From: an uncultured cyanobacterium
Lineage (GTDB): Bacteria; Cyanobacteriota; Cyanobacteriia; Cyanobacteriales; Cyanobacteriaceae
Direction of reading: 5' to 3'
DNA length: 64,000 bases
Assembly (NCBI GenBank): GCA_963749915.1
Contig: CAVVOP010000022.1
Span: 320,001 to 384,000, forward strand
How positions within the stretch are numbered: position 1 is the stretch's first letter; the number at the start of each line of letters is the position of its first letter. The notes beneath the pieces were generated by a model, which saw nothing but the letters and a program-made list of their open reading frames with translations, was not told where the DNA came from and did not search any database. The translations under genes were made by a program, and so were the position numbers. This document shows, one piece after another, positions 10,454 through 20,488 of the stretch.

Positions 10454-12118
10454 ATGACTATCAAAAAATTACCCAACAACGTCATTAAATTGATTGCGGC
10501 GGGGGAAGTAATCGACTCTTTCACTGCAGTGGTAAGGGAGTTAGTCGAAAATAGTTTAGATGCAAAAGCCAGTCGCATTGTCATTTCTCTTTATCCTGAA
10601 TCGTGGAGTTTACAGGTTGCCGATAACGGTGAAGGTATGGAAGAAAATGATTTGTTGATGGCGATTCAACCTCACACCACTAGCAAAATTTTCTCCACCG
10701 GTGACTTGAGGAAGATTAATACTTTAGGTTTTCGGGGGGAGGCATTACACAGTATCGCACAATTAGCTGATCTTCATATTACTAGCCGAGTTAAAGATAA
10801 CTGCGGTTGGGAGATTATTACAAATCATACTCAAGTTATTAAATGTTATCCTAAAGCGATCGCCGTTGGTACAATTATCAATGTTACTCATTTATTTGGC
10901 AATATTCCCTTAAGAAGACAGGTAAATCCTTGCTTTAGAAAACAACTAAAGTCAATCCAAAATTTAATTGCAGAATTTGCATTATGTCATCCCTTCGTGA
11001 CGTGGCAATTATTAGTTGATGAGCGTTTAATTTTAGCAATTAGTGGTAATAGTGATCTTAAAAAAATTTTTCCCCAACTATTAAAAACTGTCAAATATTG
11101 TGACTTAGAAGAGAGAGAAATTAAGATTAATACTCCGAATCAAAATCATATTTCTCAACTAAATTTAGTCCTAGGAATGCCTAATCGAATTTCTCGCCCT
11201 CGTGCTGATTGGGTTAAAATAGGAATTAATGGCAGAGTTGTTAAATGTCAGGAATTAGAATCTGCTATTTACTGTAGTTTTCATCGTGCCTTAGAAAGAA
11301 ATCGTTATCCCTTAATTTTTCTGCATTTACAAACATCTTCCCAACAAATTGACTGGAATCGTCACCCGGCAAAAAAAGAAATTTACTTAGACAACATTGA
11401 ATTTTGGCAAGAAAATATCAAGGAAAATATTGAGCAAATTTTTAGGCTAACTGATAATAACTTATCCACTAAATTTCAAAATAAAAAGGTTGAAAATATT
11501 CTAAAAGTTGCTGAGAATAAAGCTGTTTATAATGCAGAAAATTCATTCACAGAAAAAAATAAAGAGAGTTTAGGCTTAATGGATTTACAAGTTATCGCCC
11601 AAGCAAGGAATACTTATATTATTGCTGAATATTCTGAGGGAATTTGGTTAATTGAACAACATATCGCCCACGAAAGAATATTATATGAACAGCTAAAAAA
11701 TCAATGGGAAATAGTAACTATAGAAAATCCTATTATTTTAAGTAAATTGCTTCCTAAACAAGTAGAAAATTTAAATAATTTAGATTTAGAAATAGATTGT
11801 TTTGGAGAAGATTTATGGGCGATTAGAAGTATCCCGAAAATGTTATTACATCGAGATGATTCTTTAGACGCTTTAATGGAATTAAGTTGGGGAGGTGACT
11901 TAGATACTGCTCAAGTGGCGATCGCCTGTCGTACTGCAATTCGTAACGGAAAAAAACTGACAATTTACGAGATGCAAAATATAGTCAATGAGTGGAAAAT
12001 GACGAAAAACCCTCATACTTGTCCTCATGGACGGCCAATTTATTTATCATTGGAAGAATCGTCATTATACCGATTTTTTCGGCGTCATTGGGTATTAGGA
12101 AAAAGTCACGGTGTTTAA
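10454..12118 (+). CDS. mutL: DNA mismatch repair endonuclease MutL
   Basis: IAAGEVI, ELVENSLDA, GFRGEAL, EQHIAHER, ACR, CPHGRP. Confidence 0.97.
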   Translation: MTIKKLPNNVIKLIAAGEVIDSFTAVVRELVENSLDAKASRIVISLYPESWSLQVADNGEGMEENDLLMAIQPHTTSKIFSTGDLRKINTLGFRGEALHSIAQLADLHITSRVKDNCGWEIITNHTQVIKCYPKAIAVGTIINVTHLFGNIPLRRQVNPCFRKQLKSIQNLIAEFALCHPFVTWQLLVDERLILAISGNSDLKKIFPQLLKTVKYCDLEEREIKINTPNQNHISQLNLVLGMPNRISRPRADWVKIGINGRVVKCQELESAIYCSFHRALERNRYPLIFLHLQTSSQQIDWNRHPAKKEIYLDNIEFWQENIKENIEQIFRLTDNNLSTKFQNKKVENILKVAENKAVYNAENSFTEKNKESLGLMDLQVIAQARNTYIIAEYSEGIWLIEQHIAHERILYEQLKNQWEIVTIENPIILSKLLPKQVENLNNLDLEIDCFGEDLWAIRSIPKMLLHRDDSLDALMELSWGGDLDTAQVAIACRTAIRNGKKLTIYEMQNIVNEWKMTKNPHTCPHGRPIYLSLEESSLYRFFRRHWVLGKSHGV

Positions 12119-12173
12119 CTATATACTAAATACCAGGTGTTTATGCTTCAGACCAGAGTCTGGGCTCATTTTC

Positions 12174-13331
12174 TCATTCCAGATTTAGCGGAAAGTAAAG
12201 ATGATCATTTACCGCCAAAATACGGGAAGAAGTAAAGCGATTCATCCATTGTTCTAAATATTTACGATTAGCTTGTTTTTCCTCGATATTTTCAGTATTT
12301 AGGGCATAAGGTGCCAATCCCTGAAGGGCAGCCGTCGTCACACAATACATAGATTTTTGAAAACTAACGCAGATTTTGACAAGTAAATCATCTTCTCCTC
12401 GCAAAGTATGACGATAAACTTCACGCAGATAATCTGGCAAATAATGACTCATGTCTTGCATTAACAAAGTGGGAGGAATCCCCGCACCGCCGACAGGTAA
12501 AGGATCGGCATATAAGGCCCCATAGGTAAATAATGATTGATCATAGGGTATTTGATTTTCTTGAGCATTGTAAGATACCGTACCTAAAAATGGAGTGCCA
12601 CGAAAAAAAACGGCCTCTACATAAGGCACAGCAGTATCCATGAGAAAAGTTAATCCAGCTTTTTGAGGTATTAATTCATGGATTTCATCGTTAATTTTGA
12701 CGACGTAACTAATGGGTTTATTGGCAGACGCGACCAAACCATCTAAAATATGTTTAACAACCTCCTCAATAGAGTTAATTTCACCGTTGTCATACCTGTC
12801 GGACAAACGGAGAAACATATCACTCATTACTCGCCAAAATTGCCCTAATGCTGAGTAATAAGCTAACATTTTGACTTGTTCTGGCAAAAACTCCGGAAAT
12901 AGCCTGTTTAAGCCTAACATGAAGGGATTTCCCCTTAATTTTGCCTTAATAGCTTCTTTGGTAGCCTGGGAAAATTCATCACTATCCACATATTCGTCTA
13001 ATTTACCCCCTCCATGCCACAACATTGCACGCATACAATATTCAGCATACTCATAATTGATGCGATCATGCCACAAATGACGAAAAAGTTTATTCTCAGA
13101 AAAACTACCATTAAAATATTTAAAAAAAGGAAATAAAACTAAAAATTGGTGTTCGGCAATATAGTTAAGGTTATTAGAATAATTATCTAACACAATACCA
13201 TAAGATTTTAAAATACCTACTACTTCAAGAACATTTTCAGGGGTATCTTTTAACAAACTTTGCCCTGATTCTAGGCGGTAGATATATTCAGCTAAAGGAT
13301 GTTTAGAAGGTTTAAAAGGAGTTGATACCAT
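12174..13331 (-). CDS. cupB: CO2 hydration protein, CupB/ChpX type
   Basis: HDRINYEYAEYC, GALYADPLPVGGAGIPPTLLMQDM; 385 aa fits the shorter CupB. Confidence 0.88.
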   Translation of the reverse strand: MVSTPFKPSKHPLAEYIYRLESGQSLLKDTPENVLEVVGILKSYGIVLDNYSNNLNYIAEHQFLVLFPFFKYFNGSFSENKLFRHLWHDRINYEYAEYCMRAMLWHGGGKLDEYVDSDEFSQATKEAIKAKLRGNPFMLGLNRLFPEFLPEQVKMLAYYSALGQFWRVMSDMFLRLSDRYDNGEINSIEEVVKHILDGLVASANKPISYVVKINDEIHELIPQKAGLTFLMDTAVPYVEAVFFRGTPFLGTVSYNAQENQIPYDQSLFTYGALYADPLPVGGAGIPPTLLMQDMSHYLPDYLREVYRHTLRGEDDLLVKICVSFQKSMYCVTTAALQGLAPYALNTENIEEKQANRKYLEQWMNRFTSSRILAVNDHLYFPLNLE

Positions 13332-13452
13332 AATTTTATAAATTTTTTAAAAAGGTTTTTAATTTAGGTAAATAGGTAATAGGTAAATTTAGTGTTTGTG
13401 TCTTTAATTTATAAGGTTTAATGGCATTAATATAATTGTTAATTGTTAATTA

Positions 13453-13800
13453 TTAATTGTTTAAGTATTGTTCTAAATCTTCAATTAAACGAGTTAATTC
13501 TGCTTCCGAAGTTAACCTTAAACGATCGTCCCTGACGGTAACTAAAACTTTAGCAGAAAAAGGACTGGGATAAATATTAGGATTGCAAAATACTTCTAAA
13601 AAAACATCTCCTGTATGTTGATATTCCATCGGTTTTTCTGGTGTGGGTTTACCTCCGGTTTTGGCTTGTAAAGCAAGATTTTTAAGACTTTGCATTAAAA
13701 AAGAGATTTCTTCTTTGAGTTTTTTGGCGGCATCGTTACTAAAATTGAAAGATACTGCACCCTGAATAAGATTAAGAGTAAATTGACTCATAAAATACAT
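13453..13800 (-). CDS. conserved cyanobacterial hypothetical protein
   Basis: 115-aa ORF upstream of cupB (FLEVFCNPNIYPSPF). Confidence 0.75.
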   Translation of the reverse strand: MYFMSQFTLNLIQGAVSFNFSNDAAKKLKEEISFLMQSLKNLALQAKTGGKPTPEKPMEYQHTGDVFLEVFCNPNIYPSPFSAKVLVTVRDDRLRLTSEAELTRLIEDLEQYLNN

Positions 13801-13949
13801 TTATTTGGTTAATTAACAAACTTTTTTGATCTTATCTCACAGGGATAACGATTCTGAGATTAAATCTTGTTTATTTATTCCTTTACTTTTAAAATTATGA
13901 TATCCTGGGGTAATTATATCGACTTGTCAGTATATACCATTAGGAATCA

Positions 13950-15149
13950 ATGACTTCTAACGAAAACACGTCTAATCCTATACCTTTTAAACAATTTACC
14001 GCATTAAAACAAACAGGGTTTTTTGAAAATCTCAAACAACCTCGCTTTAGTGGTGAACTTTTACTGATAGATCCAAGACAGACTAAATGGGTATTTTATC
14101 TGTATTTAGGTAGATTAGTCTATGCCACCGGAGGCAATCATCCCGTCAGACGATGGCGGCGTAATCTTTTTGCTTATTTCCCCCATATCCCTTCTCATAT
14201 GGCGGCAATTCAAGGGGATATCGATCGCTTGGAATTAGATCATTATAATAATTATTGGGAATATGAATTGCTCTGTTTTTGGGTAGAACAACAAAAAGTT
14301 TCCCTCGAACAGGCGGCTAAAATGATCCGTCAAAATATTGTTGAGGTACTGTTTGATGTTACTCAAGCGATGCAAGTTACTTGTGAGCTAAAACCAGACA
14401 AAAATTTACCCTTCTCCACCCGATTAGTATTGATAGATGCAGAACAGGTAATTATGGAGGCACAAAAGGGGTGGCACGCATGGCAATCCGCAAAAATTGC
14501 CGATCGCTCTCCAGATATGGCTCCCATTATTACCCAACCTCAAGAATTAGAACAGCAAACAAACCCTCAAATATATCAAACTCTCAGTCAATTATTAGAT
14601 GGACAACAAACCCTGAGGGATTTGTCCGTGAGAATGAAAAAAGATGTAGTAACAGTAACTCGTTCTTTGTTACCCTATGTGCAACGGGGTTTAGTACGTT
14701 TGATTGAAATATCTGATATTGAACCGCCAAAACTGCCTATTAATGGTCTTGACCATGGGGCTTTAAATCATCAAAAGATTACCATTGCCTGTGTTGATGA
14801 TAGTCCTCTCATCTGTCAAACCATGGAAAAAATTATTACCACCGCAGGTTATAACTTTATTGGAGTTAATGATGCTTTAAGAGCGATCGCTCTTTTACTG
14901 ACCAAAAAACCCGATCTAATTTTTCTCGATCTCATCATGCCTAATGCTAACGGCTATGAGATATGTGGTCAACTAAGAAAATTAACCTTTTTTAAACATA
15001 CACCTATTATTATTTTGACAGGAAATGACGGTTTAGTAGATCGAGTTCGGGCCAAAATGGTTGGATCCTCCGATTTTATCAGCAAACCCGTGGATACCAC
15101 CCTAGTTTTAGACACTATTCGTAAACATCTCAAATTATCGGTATCCTAA
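13950..15149 (+). CDS. pixG: PatA-family response regulator (PixG-like)
   Basis: PATAN N-terminus plus C-terminal receiver (CVDDS, FLDLIMP, KP); first gene of a patA-cheY-cheW run. Confidence 0.75.
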   Translation: MTSNENTSNPIPFKQFTALKQTGFFENLKQPRFSGELLLIDPRQTKWVFYLYLGRLVYATGGNHPVRRWRRNLFAYFPHIPSHMAAIQGDIDRLELDHYNNYWEYELLCFWVEQQKVSLEQAAKMIRQNIVEVLFDVTQAMQVTCELKPDKNLPFSTRLVLIDAEQVIMEAQKGWHAWQSAKIADRSPDMAPIITQPQELEQQTNPQIYQTLSQLLDGQQTLRDLSVRMKKDVVTVTRSLLPYVQRGLVRLIEISDIEPPKLPINGLDHGALNHQKITIACVDDSPLICQTMEKIITTAGYNFIGVNDALRAIALLLTKKPDLIFLDLIMPNANGYEICGQLRKLTFFKHTPIIILTGNDGLVDRVRAKMVGSSDFISKPVDTTLVLDTIRKHLKLSVS

Positions 15150-15254
15150 TAAAGAGGTTAAAAATTAAGCCATAATTGATGAATCATAACGGAAAATAGT
15201 GTTATATCATAACTATTGCTGGGAAAATAGAGAAAATAAATAGAGGTTAAAATT

Positions 15255-15617
15255 ATGGGAAACGCTTTAATTGTGGACGACTCTTCCACCGAAAGAAAGA
15301 TATTGGTTGGTTATTTACAAGAATTAGGTATCACGGTTACTACGGCGGAAAGTGGTGAAGAAGCCTTGGAAAAGCTGGGGGGTAGTCACCCTGATATTAT
15401 TATCCTTGACGTAGTTTTGCCAGGTAAAAGTGGCTTTGAGGTCTGTAGAGAAATAAAAGCTGGTGCTGATACAGGAAAAATACCAATTATTATTTGTTCG
15501 ACTAAAGGCAGTGAAATGGATAAATTTTGGGGTATGAAACAAGGTGCAGATGCTTATATACCAAAACCCGTTGATAAAGACGAATTATTTTCCACGGTCA
15601 AAAAACTAATCAAATAA
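15255..15617 (+). CDS. pixH: CheY-like response regulator (PixH-like)
   Basis: Single receiver domain, DKFWGMKQGADAY; resembles Synechocystis PixH (from memory). Confidence 0.75.
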   Translation: MGNALIVDDSSTERKILVGYLQELGITVTTAESGEEALEKLGGSHPDIIILDVVLPGKSGFEVCREIKAGADTGKIPIIICSTKGSEMDKFWGMKQGADAYIPKPVDKDELFSTVKKLIK

Positions 15618-15723
15618 TATACGTATATATAATGATTTTATGTCAGGGTGAAAAGTTCTACCCCTCTATCTAACTAAATATTTTGCCAATCCTTAATTAA
15701 AATCGATACATATTGCCGCCATT

Positions 15724-16260
15724 ATGAGTGAACAAATACTGTCCCTAACCAACCAAAAAAAGATTCAAGAATCTCAAAGACAACAATTTCTGAGATTTGT
15801 TCTTTTACCAGATGCTAACTTGATGATTTCATTGTCAGAAATTGCGGCAGTGTTGAAAATTCCTTTTGGGCAAATTATAGCCATTCCGGAGATGCCTTCA
15901 TGGGTGATTGGGGTTTATAATTGGCGTGGGGAAGTTGTCTGGATGATAGATTTAGGACAATTATTAGGATTTACTCCTTGGTATCAACAATCAGTAGTTG
16001 CTTCCAATCATAAAGCAGTGGTGATTCATCCTAGCAATCAAGATCGTAAAAGTAGAACTTCTGGAGATTTAGTTGGGTTAATCGTGAGTGATGTCAATGA
16101 TATTGAATGGTGCAACACCAACGATTTATATTCTCCCCCCGCATCGGCGGTGACCCCGGATTTAGCTCCTTTTTTGAGAGGATATTGGGTTAAGGAAAGT
16201 GGTGACATAATCGTTACTATTGACGGTGACGCTATTTTTGCCGCCATGCCAAAGGAATAA
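15724..16260 (+). CDS. pixI: CheW-like protein (PixI-like)
   Basis: IPEMPSWVIGVYNWRGEV CheW motif. Confidence 0.75.
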   Translation: MSEQILSLTNQKKIQESQRQQFLRFVLLPDANLMISLSEIAAVLKIPFGQIIAIPEMPSWVIGVYNWRGEVVWMIDLGQLLGFTPWYQQSVVASNHKAVVIHPSNQDRKSRTSGDLVGLIVSDVNDIEWCNTNDLYSPPASAVTPDLAPFLRGYWVKESGDIIVTIDGDAIFAAMPKE

Positions 16261-16311
16261 TTTGGGCATTCAAGAATTGAGAAAGGATTGTCCATCGCTA
16301 ATTGTTGAATT

Positions 16312-17946
16312 ATGTTTTCTTTAACTAAAACCAGCTCACGACAAAGAGAAATCGTTGAAATCGTCTTAGGCAATGGTTGGGATTATATGCGCGGCATCCT
16401 CACCGTGGGAAAATCCGATAAACCTCAACTTCCCCCTCCAGAAGTATTTCGTAAAATTCTCGTACAGTTAGGTCCTTTTTACGTCAAATTTGGTCAATTA
16501 CTTAGCACTCGTCCTGATTTATTACCACCCAAGTACATTGAAGCCTTAACCGCCCTCCAAGCTCAAGTTCCTGCTGTAGCATGGGTATTAATTGAACAGA
16601 CTTTGAGAGAACAACTTAATCAGCCTTTAGAAAGGATTTTGAAGACAATTGATCCAAATCCTGTAGCGGCAGGATCGATCGCCCAAATCCATCGAGGTAC
16701 ATTAATAACAGGGGAAGAAGTCGCCATCAAAGTGCAACGCCCAAATATCGATCGCATTGTCAATCAAGATGTTATTTTAATAAAAGGTATTGCAGAAATT
16801 ATCGCCTTAACGGACTTCGGAAACGATTATGATGTAGTCAATTTAGCCGAAGATTTTACCAAAGCAGTATTGGCTGAGTTGGATTTTCGTCAAGAAGGTA
16901 ACTATACGGAAAAATTACGATTAAATTTGAGTGGTAGTAATTGGTTCGATGCAAAACAATTAGTGATCCCTAAAATATATTGGCAATATACCACCGACAA
17001 AGTCCTATTTATGGAATGGTTAGACGGTCAAGCCATTTTGTCCGCCAATATTCCCGATACCAGCAATAAACGTCAAGAATTAAGCACCCTATTATTCAGA
17101 GTTTTTTTTCAACAAATATTTATCGACGGTTTTTTTCATGCTGATCCTCATCCGGGTAATATTTTCTACTTAGATGACGGTAAATTGGGCATCATTGATT
17201 GCGGCATGATTGGCAGATTAGATCCTCATACCCAACAATTATTAACAGAAATGTTATTAGCCATTGTCGATATTGATGCTCAAAGATGTGCCCAATTAAC
17301 CCTGGAACTATCGGACAGTAACACCGCCAATAGTAATTTATCTCAATTAGAAAATGACTATCAAAAGATGTTGAGAAAATATTACAATCTCAGTCTTTCT
17401 CAATTAAATTTTAGTGAAGTTTTTTACGAAGTCTTAGAAGTTGCTCGAAGTAATAAAATCAAATTACCCGGTAATATGGGATTATTTGCCAAAAGTTTAG
17501 CCAACTTAGAGGGTGTCGCCCGTAAATTTAATCCCCAAATTAACCTCCTTGAAGAAATTAAACCCCTCATGACCGATCTTTTTCGCCGTCAATTTATCGG
17601 TGATACCCCCTTTCAAACCCTTTTTAGGACAGTTTTAGACTTAAAATCAATTTCTTTGCGATCGCCCCGTCAAATAGACGTAATCTTAGATCGTTTAAGT
17701 TCGGAGACATTTCTTTGGAATTTACGCATTAGAGAACTAGAAGGTTTAAGACGTAGTTTAGACGATTCAGCCAATCGACTATCATTTAGTGTCGTTGTCG
17801 GTTCACTAATTATGGGTGCCGCAATCATTTCCACTGGGGCAACCACTGGGCAATTAATATTATTAAGCAATATCCTCTTTACCGTCGCCAGTTTACTCGG
17901 ATTATGGTTAATCGTTAGTATTATCCGCTCTGGAGGACTAAAGTAA
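16312..17946 (+). CDS. ABC1/AarF/UbiB family kinase
   Basis: LGPFYVKFGQLLSTRPDL, AAGSIAQIH, VAIKVQRP, HADPHPGN, DCG; C-terminal TM pair. Confidence 0.93.
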   Translation: MFSLTKTSSRQREIVEIVLGNGWDYMRGILTVGKSDKPQLPPPEVFRKILVQLGPFYVKFGQLLSTRPDLLPPKYIEALTALQAQVPAVAWVLIEQTLREQLNQPLERILKTIDPNPVAAGSIAQIHRGTLITGEEVAIKVQRPNIDRIVNQDVILIKGIAEIIALTDFGNDYDVVNLAEDFTKAVLAELDFRQEGNYTEKLRLNLSGSNWFDAKQLVIPKIYWQYTTDKVLFMEWLDGQAILSANIPDTSNKRQELSTLLFRVFFQQIFIDGFFHADPHPGNIFYLDDGKLGIIDCGMIGRLDPHTQQLLTEMLLAIVDIDAQRCAQLTLELSDSNTANSNLSQLENDYQKMLRKYYNLSLSQLNFSEVFYEVLEVARSNKIKLPGNMGLFAKSLANLEGVARKFNPQINLLEEIKPLMTDLFRRQFIGDTPFQTLFRTVLDLKSISLRSPRQIDVILDRLSSETFLWNLRIRELEGLRRSLDDSANRLSFSVVVGSLIMGAAIISTGATTGQLILLSNILFTVASLLGLWLIVSIIRSGGLK

Positions 17947-18080
17947 TATAGCAATCAGGAATCATTCGTGAGAATCAAATAATTGTTTTAAAAGGATTCA
18001 GAATCCAGAATTCAGTAGAATAATTTTAACTCCTGACTCCTCTCCCTACCAAGCTGTCCCGTCTTAAGTTGATAGCCTTC

Positions 18081-18109
18081 TTGTCATTTCTAATTTTATG
18101 AGTTAGTAT
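18081..18109 (+). promoter_or_regulatory. sigma70-type promoter for intergenic RNA
   Basis: TTGTCA (18081-86), 17-bp spacer, TAGTAT (18104-09). Confidence 0.6.
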
Positions 18110-18115
18110 GTCTTA

Positions 18116-18390
18116 AGTAAAAAATAGTTAAAGCCGTTCAGGAAGAACAGGAGGTGATGCCTATGATAGATAGTAGTAAGATTGTGGGTTTTCTGGTTAT
18201 TCAAACTCGGCTGTGTGCTGGGGCTGTTTAGTCAGGAAAAGCTAAAAATGTCAAGGACCAAAGGTTTTTGCCTAGTTTTCAGTTTTGCTTGAAATTCCTT
18301 CCAGCAGTCTGAACCTAGAATAACTAAAAAGCCCACGTCAAATAATTAGATGTTTTTTCTACCCTGGGCTTATCGCACTGGGTAGGGACA
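18116..18390 (+). ncRNA. structured RNA / dual-function transcript of unknown class
   Basis: Rod fold: 18184-18202/18318-18336, 18216-21/18301-06, 18232-48/18276-92, 18252-59/18263-70. G-U pairs favour the + strand. 3' hairpin 18357-18387. Ends approximate. Confidence 0.7.
18163..18231 (+). CDS. putative 22-aa micropeptide MIDSSKIVGFLVIQTRLCAGAV
   Basis: AGGAGGTGAT (18149-18158), a 10-nt complement of the 16S anti-SD, just upstream of ATG 18163; TAG at 18229-31. Confidence 0.45.
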   Translation: MIDSSKIVGFLVIQTRLCAGAV

Positions 18391-18500
18391 TTTAACTAGT
18401 CTCCAGAGTTCAATATGATCAAACTTATTTTATTGGTTTAAGAGATAGTTAAGAACTCTTAACAAAATCACAGAAAATAAGTAGCAAAAAAAATTTTTTA

Positions 18501-18509
18501 TGTTATAGT
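18501..18509 (+). promoter_or_regulatory. extended -10 promoter candidate for porin
   Basis: TG-T-TATAGT ~80 bp upstream of the porin ATG. Confidence 0.35.
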
Positions 18510-18590
18510 AGATGAAAAGTAAATCTGTTAACTGGAAAATTTCACCATCAGTAAATAGTAAAACCTTAAAGGTGTGAGGATACCTAAATC

Positions 18591-20363
18591 ATGAAAAGCA
18601 ATTTTTGGAAATCAGTAAAATTAACCCCCCTATTGGTGGGTGCAAGTTTCTTAGCAACCTCCCAGGTTCAGGCTAATGAAATAGCTCAAGTAAATACCGA
18701 AGGTGATGCACAAATCATCAATCAATTAGACGATTACAGTTCCGAAGGTGGTACTTCTTCGAAAGATCAAGTAACCAGCGTGTCTCAACTTAGAGACGTA
18801 TCTCCTACCGACTGGGCTTTTGAAGCTCTCCGCAGTTTAGTTGAACGTTACGGTTGTATTGTTGGTTATCCCGATCGTACCTTCAGAGGTAATCGTGCTT
18901 TAAGTCGTTACGAGTTTGCCGCCGGTTTAAACGCTTGTATGCAACAAATGGAGCGTTTAATTGCCGCCAGTGAGGCAGTACTTAGAGAAGACATCGAAAA
19001 ACTAAAACGCTTAATGGCCGAATTTGAATCTGAGTTAGCCGCTTTAGGTGCAAGAGTTGACAACCTAGAAGGCAGAGTTGCTTTCTTAGAGGATCACCAA
19101 TTCTCCACCACGACTAAGTTGAAAGGAGAAGTCATTATGGCGTTGACCCAGAACTTTAACAGTGGTAACCAAGCTATTTTGGCTGACCGTGTACGTTTAG
19201 CTTTAAATACTAGTTTCACCGGAGAAGATAACTTAGTAACTCGTTTATCTGCTGGTAACGCAGGGGATTTTAACGCTGAGGGTAAAAGTAGATACAGAAC
19301 TGCCGGAGTACCTGTAATTAGTGGAACTACAAACGGCCCTAGTGCAACCTTAAATCAAACTTTTAACCTTTATCCGGGTTCAGATAACGATGTTCAGGTT
19401 GACTGGTTAGCCTACTATGCGCCCATCAAGTTGGGTGAAGATAATCAAATTCAAACCTATTTAGCCGCATTCGGTGGTATTCACAGTGACTACGTTCCAA
19501 CTTTAAATCCCTACTTTGAAGATTATGATGGTGGTAATGGAGCATTGAGTACCTTTGCCTCTGAGAGTCCCATCTATCGTATTGGTGGTGGTTCTGGGAT
19601 AGCCTTTAGCTACCAACTAGGCATTCTACAAAATTTACTCGGTCCTAGCACTGCTACCGTCAGCTACTTCGCCGGTGGAGAACCTTACTCTCCAGAAGAC
19701 GGCCAGGGTCTGTTTAACGGTGACTACTCTGTTTTAGGCCAACTTAACTTCAATGTGAGTGATACTTTCGCCCTGGGCTTTACCTATGTCAACGGTTTCC
19801 ATAAGGCTGACAGTCCCATATTTGGAGCCGGTGCTGGTAGCGGTATTGGTGTTGTTGGTACACAATGGGCCAACCAAAGTAACTCTGAGTTGAACGGTCT
19901 TATCGGGGAGCAATTTCCCGGTGCTACCATTGATCAAAAAGACAAAGCAACCAATACTTATGGTGCACAGGTTGCTTGGCGTGTTACTGATGGTATGAGT
20001 TTAAGTGCCTTCTTCAGCTATACTAGCTTAATCAGAATCGGTCGTGGTAGCGATCAGATTTGGAGTTATGGTGGTGGTGTAGCATTCCCTGACTTATTTA
20101 AAGAGGGTAGTGTTTTAGGTATCTATGCCGGGGTTCAACCATACAATGGTAACTCACAATACTTTATTAACGATGCTGATGGTGTCAGTCGCGAAGTTCG
20201 TGTTGGTCATAGTAGCACACCTGTCCACGTGGAAGCATTCTATAAATATCAGTTAACTGATAACATTTCTTTAACTCCTGGTGTTATCTGGGTTAACTCT
20301 TCTAACCAAGCATCAAACAATAGTCAAGTTATTGGTACTTTAAGAACTACCTTTACTTTCTAA
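18591..20363 (+). CDS. SLH-domain outer-membrane porin (SomA/OprB-like)
   Basis: Signal peptide, SLH (DVSPTDWAFEAL...GYPD..FRG), coiled coil, FSTTTKLKGE, C-terminal RTTFTF. Confidence 0.95.
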   Translation: MKSNFWKSVKLTPLLVGASFLATSQVQANEIAQVNTEGDAQIINQLDDYSSEGGTSSKDQVTSVSQLRDVSPTDWAFEALRSLVERYGCIVGYPDRTFRGNRALSRYEFAAGLNACMQQMERLIAASEAVLREDIEKLKRLMAEFESELAALGARVDNLEGRVAFLEDHQFSTTTKLKGEVIMALTQNFNSGNQAILADRVRLALNTSFTGEDNLVTRLSAGNAGDFNAEGKSRYRTAGVPVISGTTNGPSATLNQTFNLYPGSDNDVQVDWLAYYAPIKLGEDNQIQTYLAAFGGIHSDYVPTLNPYFEDYDGGNGALSTFASESPIYRIGGGSGIAFSYQLGILQNLLGPSTATVSYFAGGEPYSPEDGQGLFNGDYSVLGQLNFNVSDTFALGFTYVNGFHKADSPIFGAGAGSGIGVVGTQWANQSNSELNGLIGEQFPGATIDQKDKATNTYGAQVAWRVTDGMSLSAFFSYTSLIRIGRGSDQIWSYGGGVAFPDLFKEGSVLGIYAGVQPYNGNSQYFINDADGVSREVRVGHSSTPVHVEAFYKYQLTDNISLTPGVIWVNSSNQASNNSQVIGTLRTTFTF

Positions 20364-20395
20364 GATTAGTTTTTTCAAGCTATCAAAAAACTATT

Positions 20396-20430
20396 AAGCC
20401 TTACTTGTTAATTCAGGTAAGGCTTTTTTT
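20396..20430 (+). terminator. intrinsic terminator of porin gene
   Basis: AAGCCTTACTTG / CAGGTAAGGCTT stem followed by T-run. Confidence 0.85.
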
Positions 20431-20488
20431 ATGGATAATTTAGAATAAAGACATGAAGAATTTAAAATGTAGAATTCAACTGTATTAA

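Noticed and set aside
18170..18345. Firm call as 6S RNA (ssaA)
   Set aside because: Size and rod shape fit, but the best fold is nearly continuous without a large central bubble and I could not match conserved 6S motifs; left unclassified
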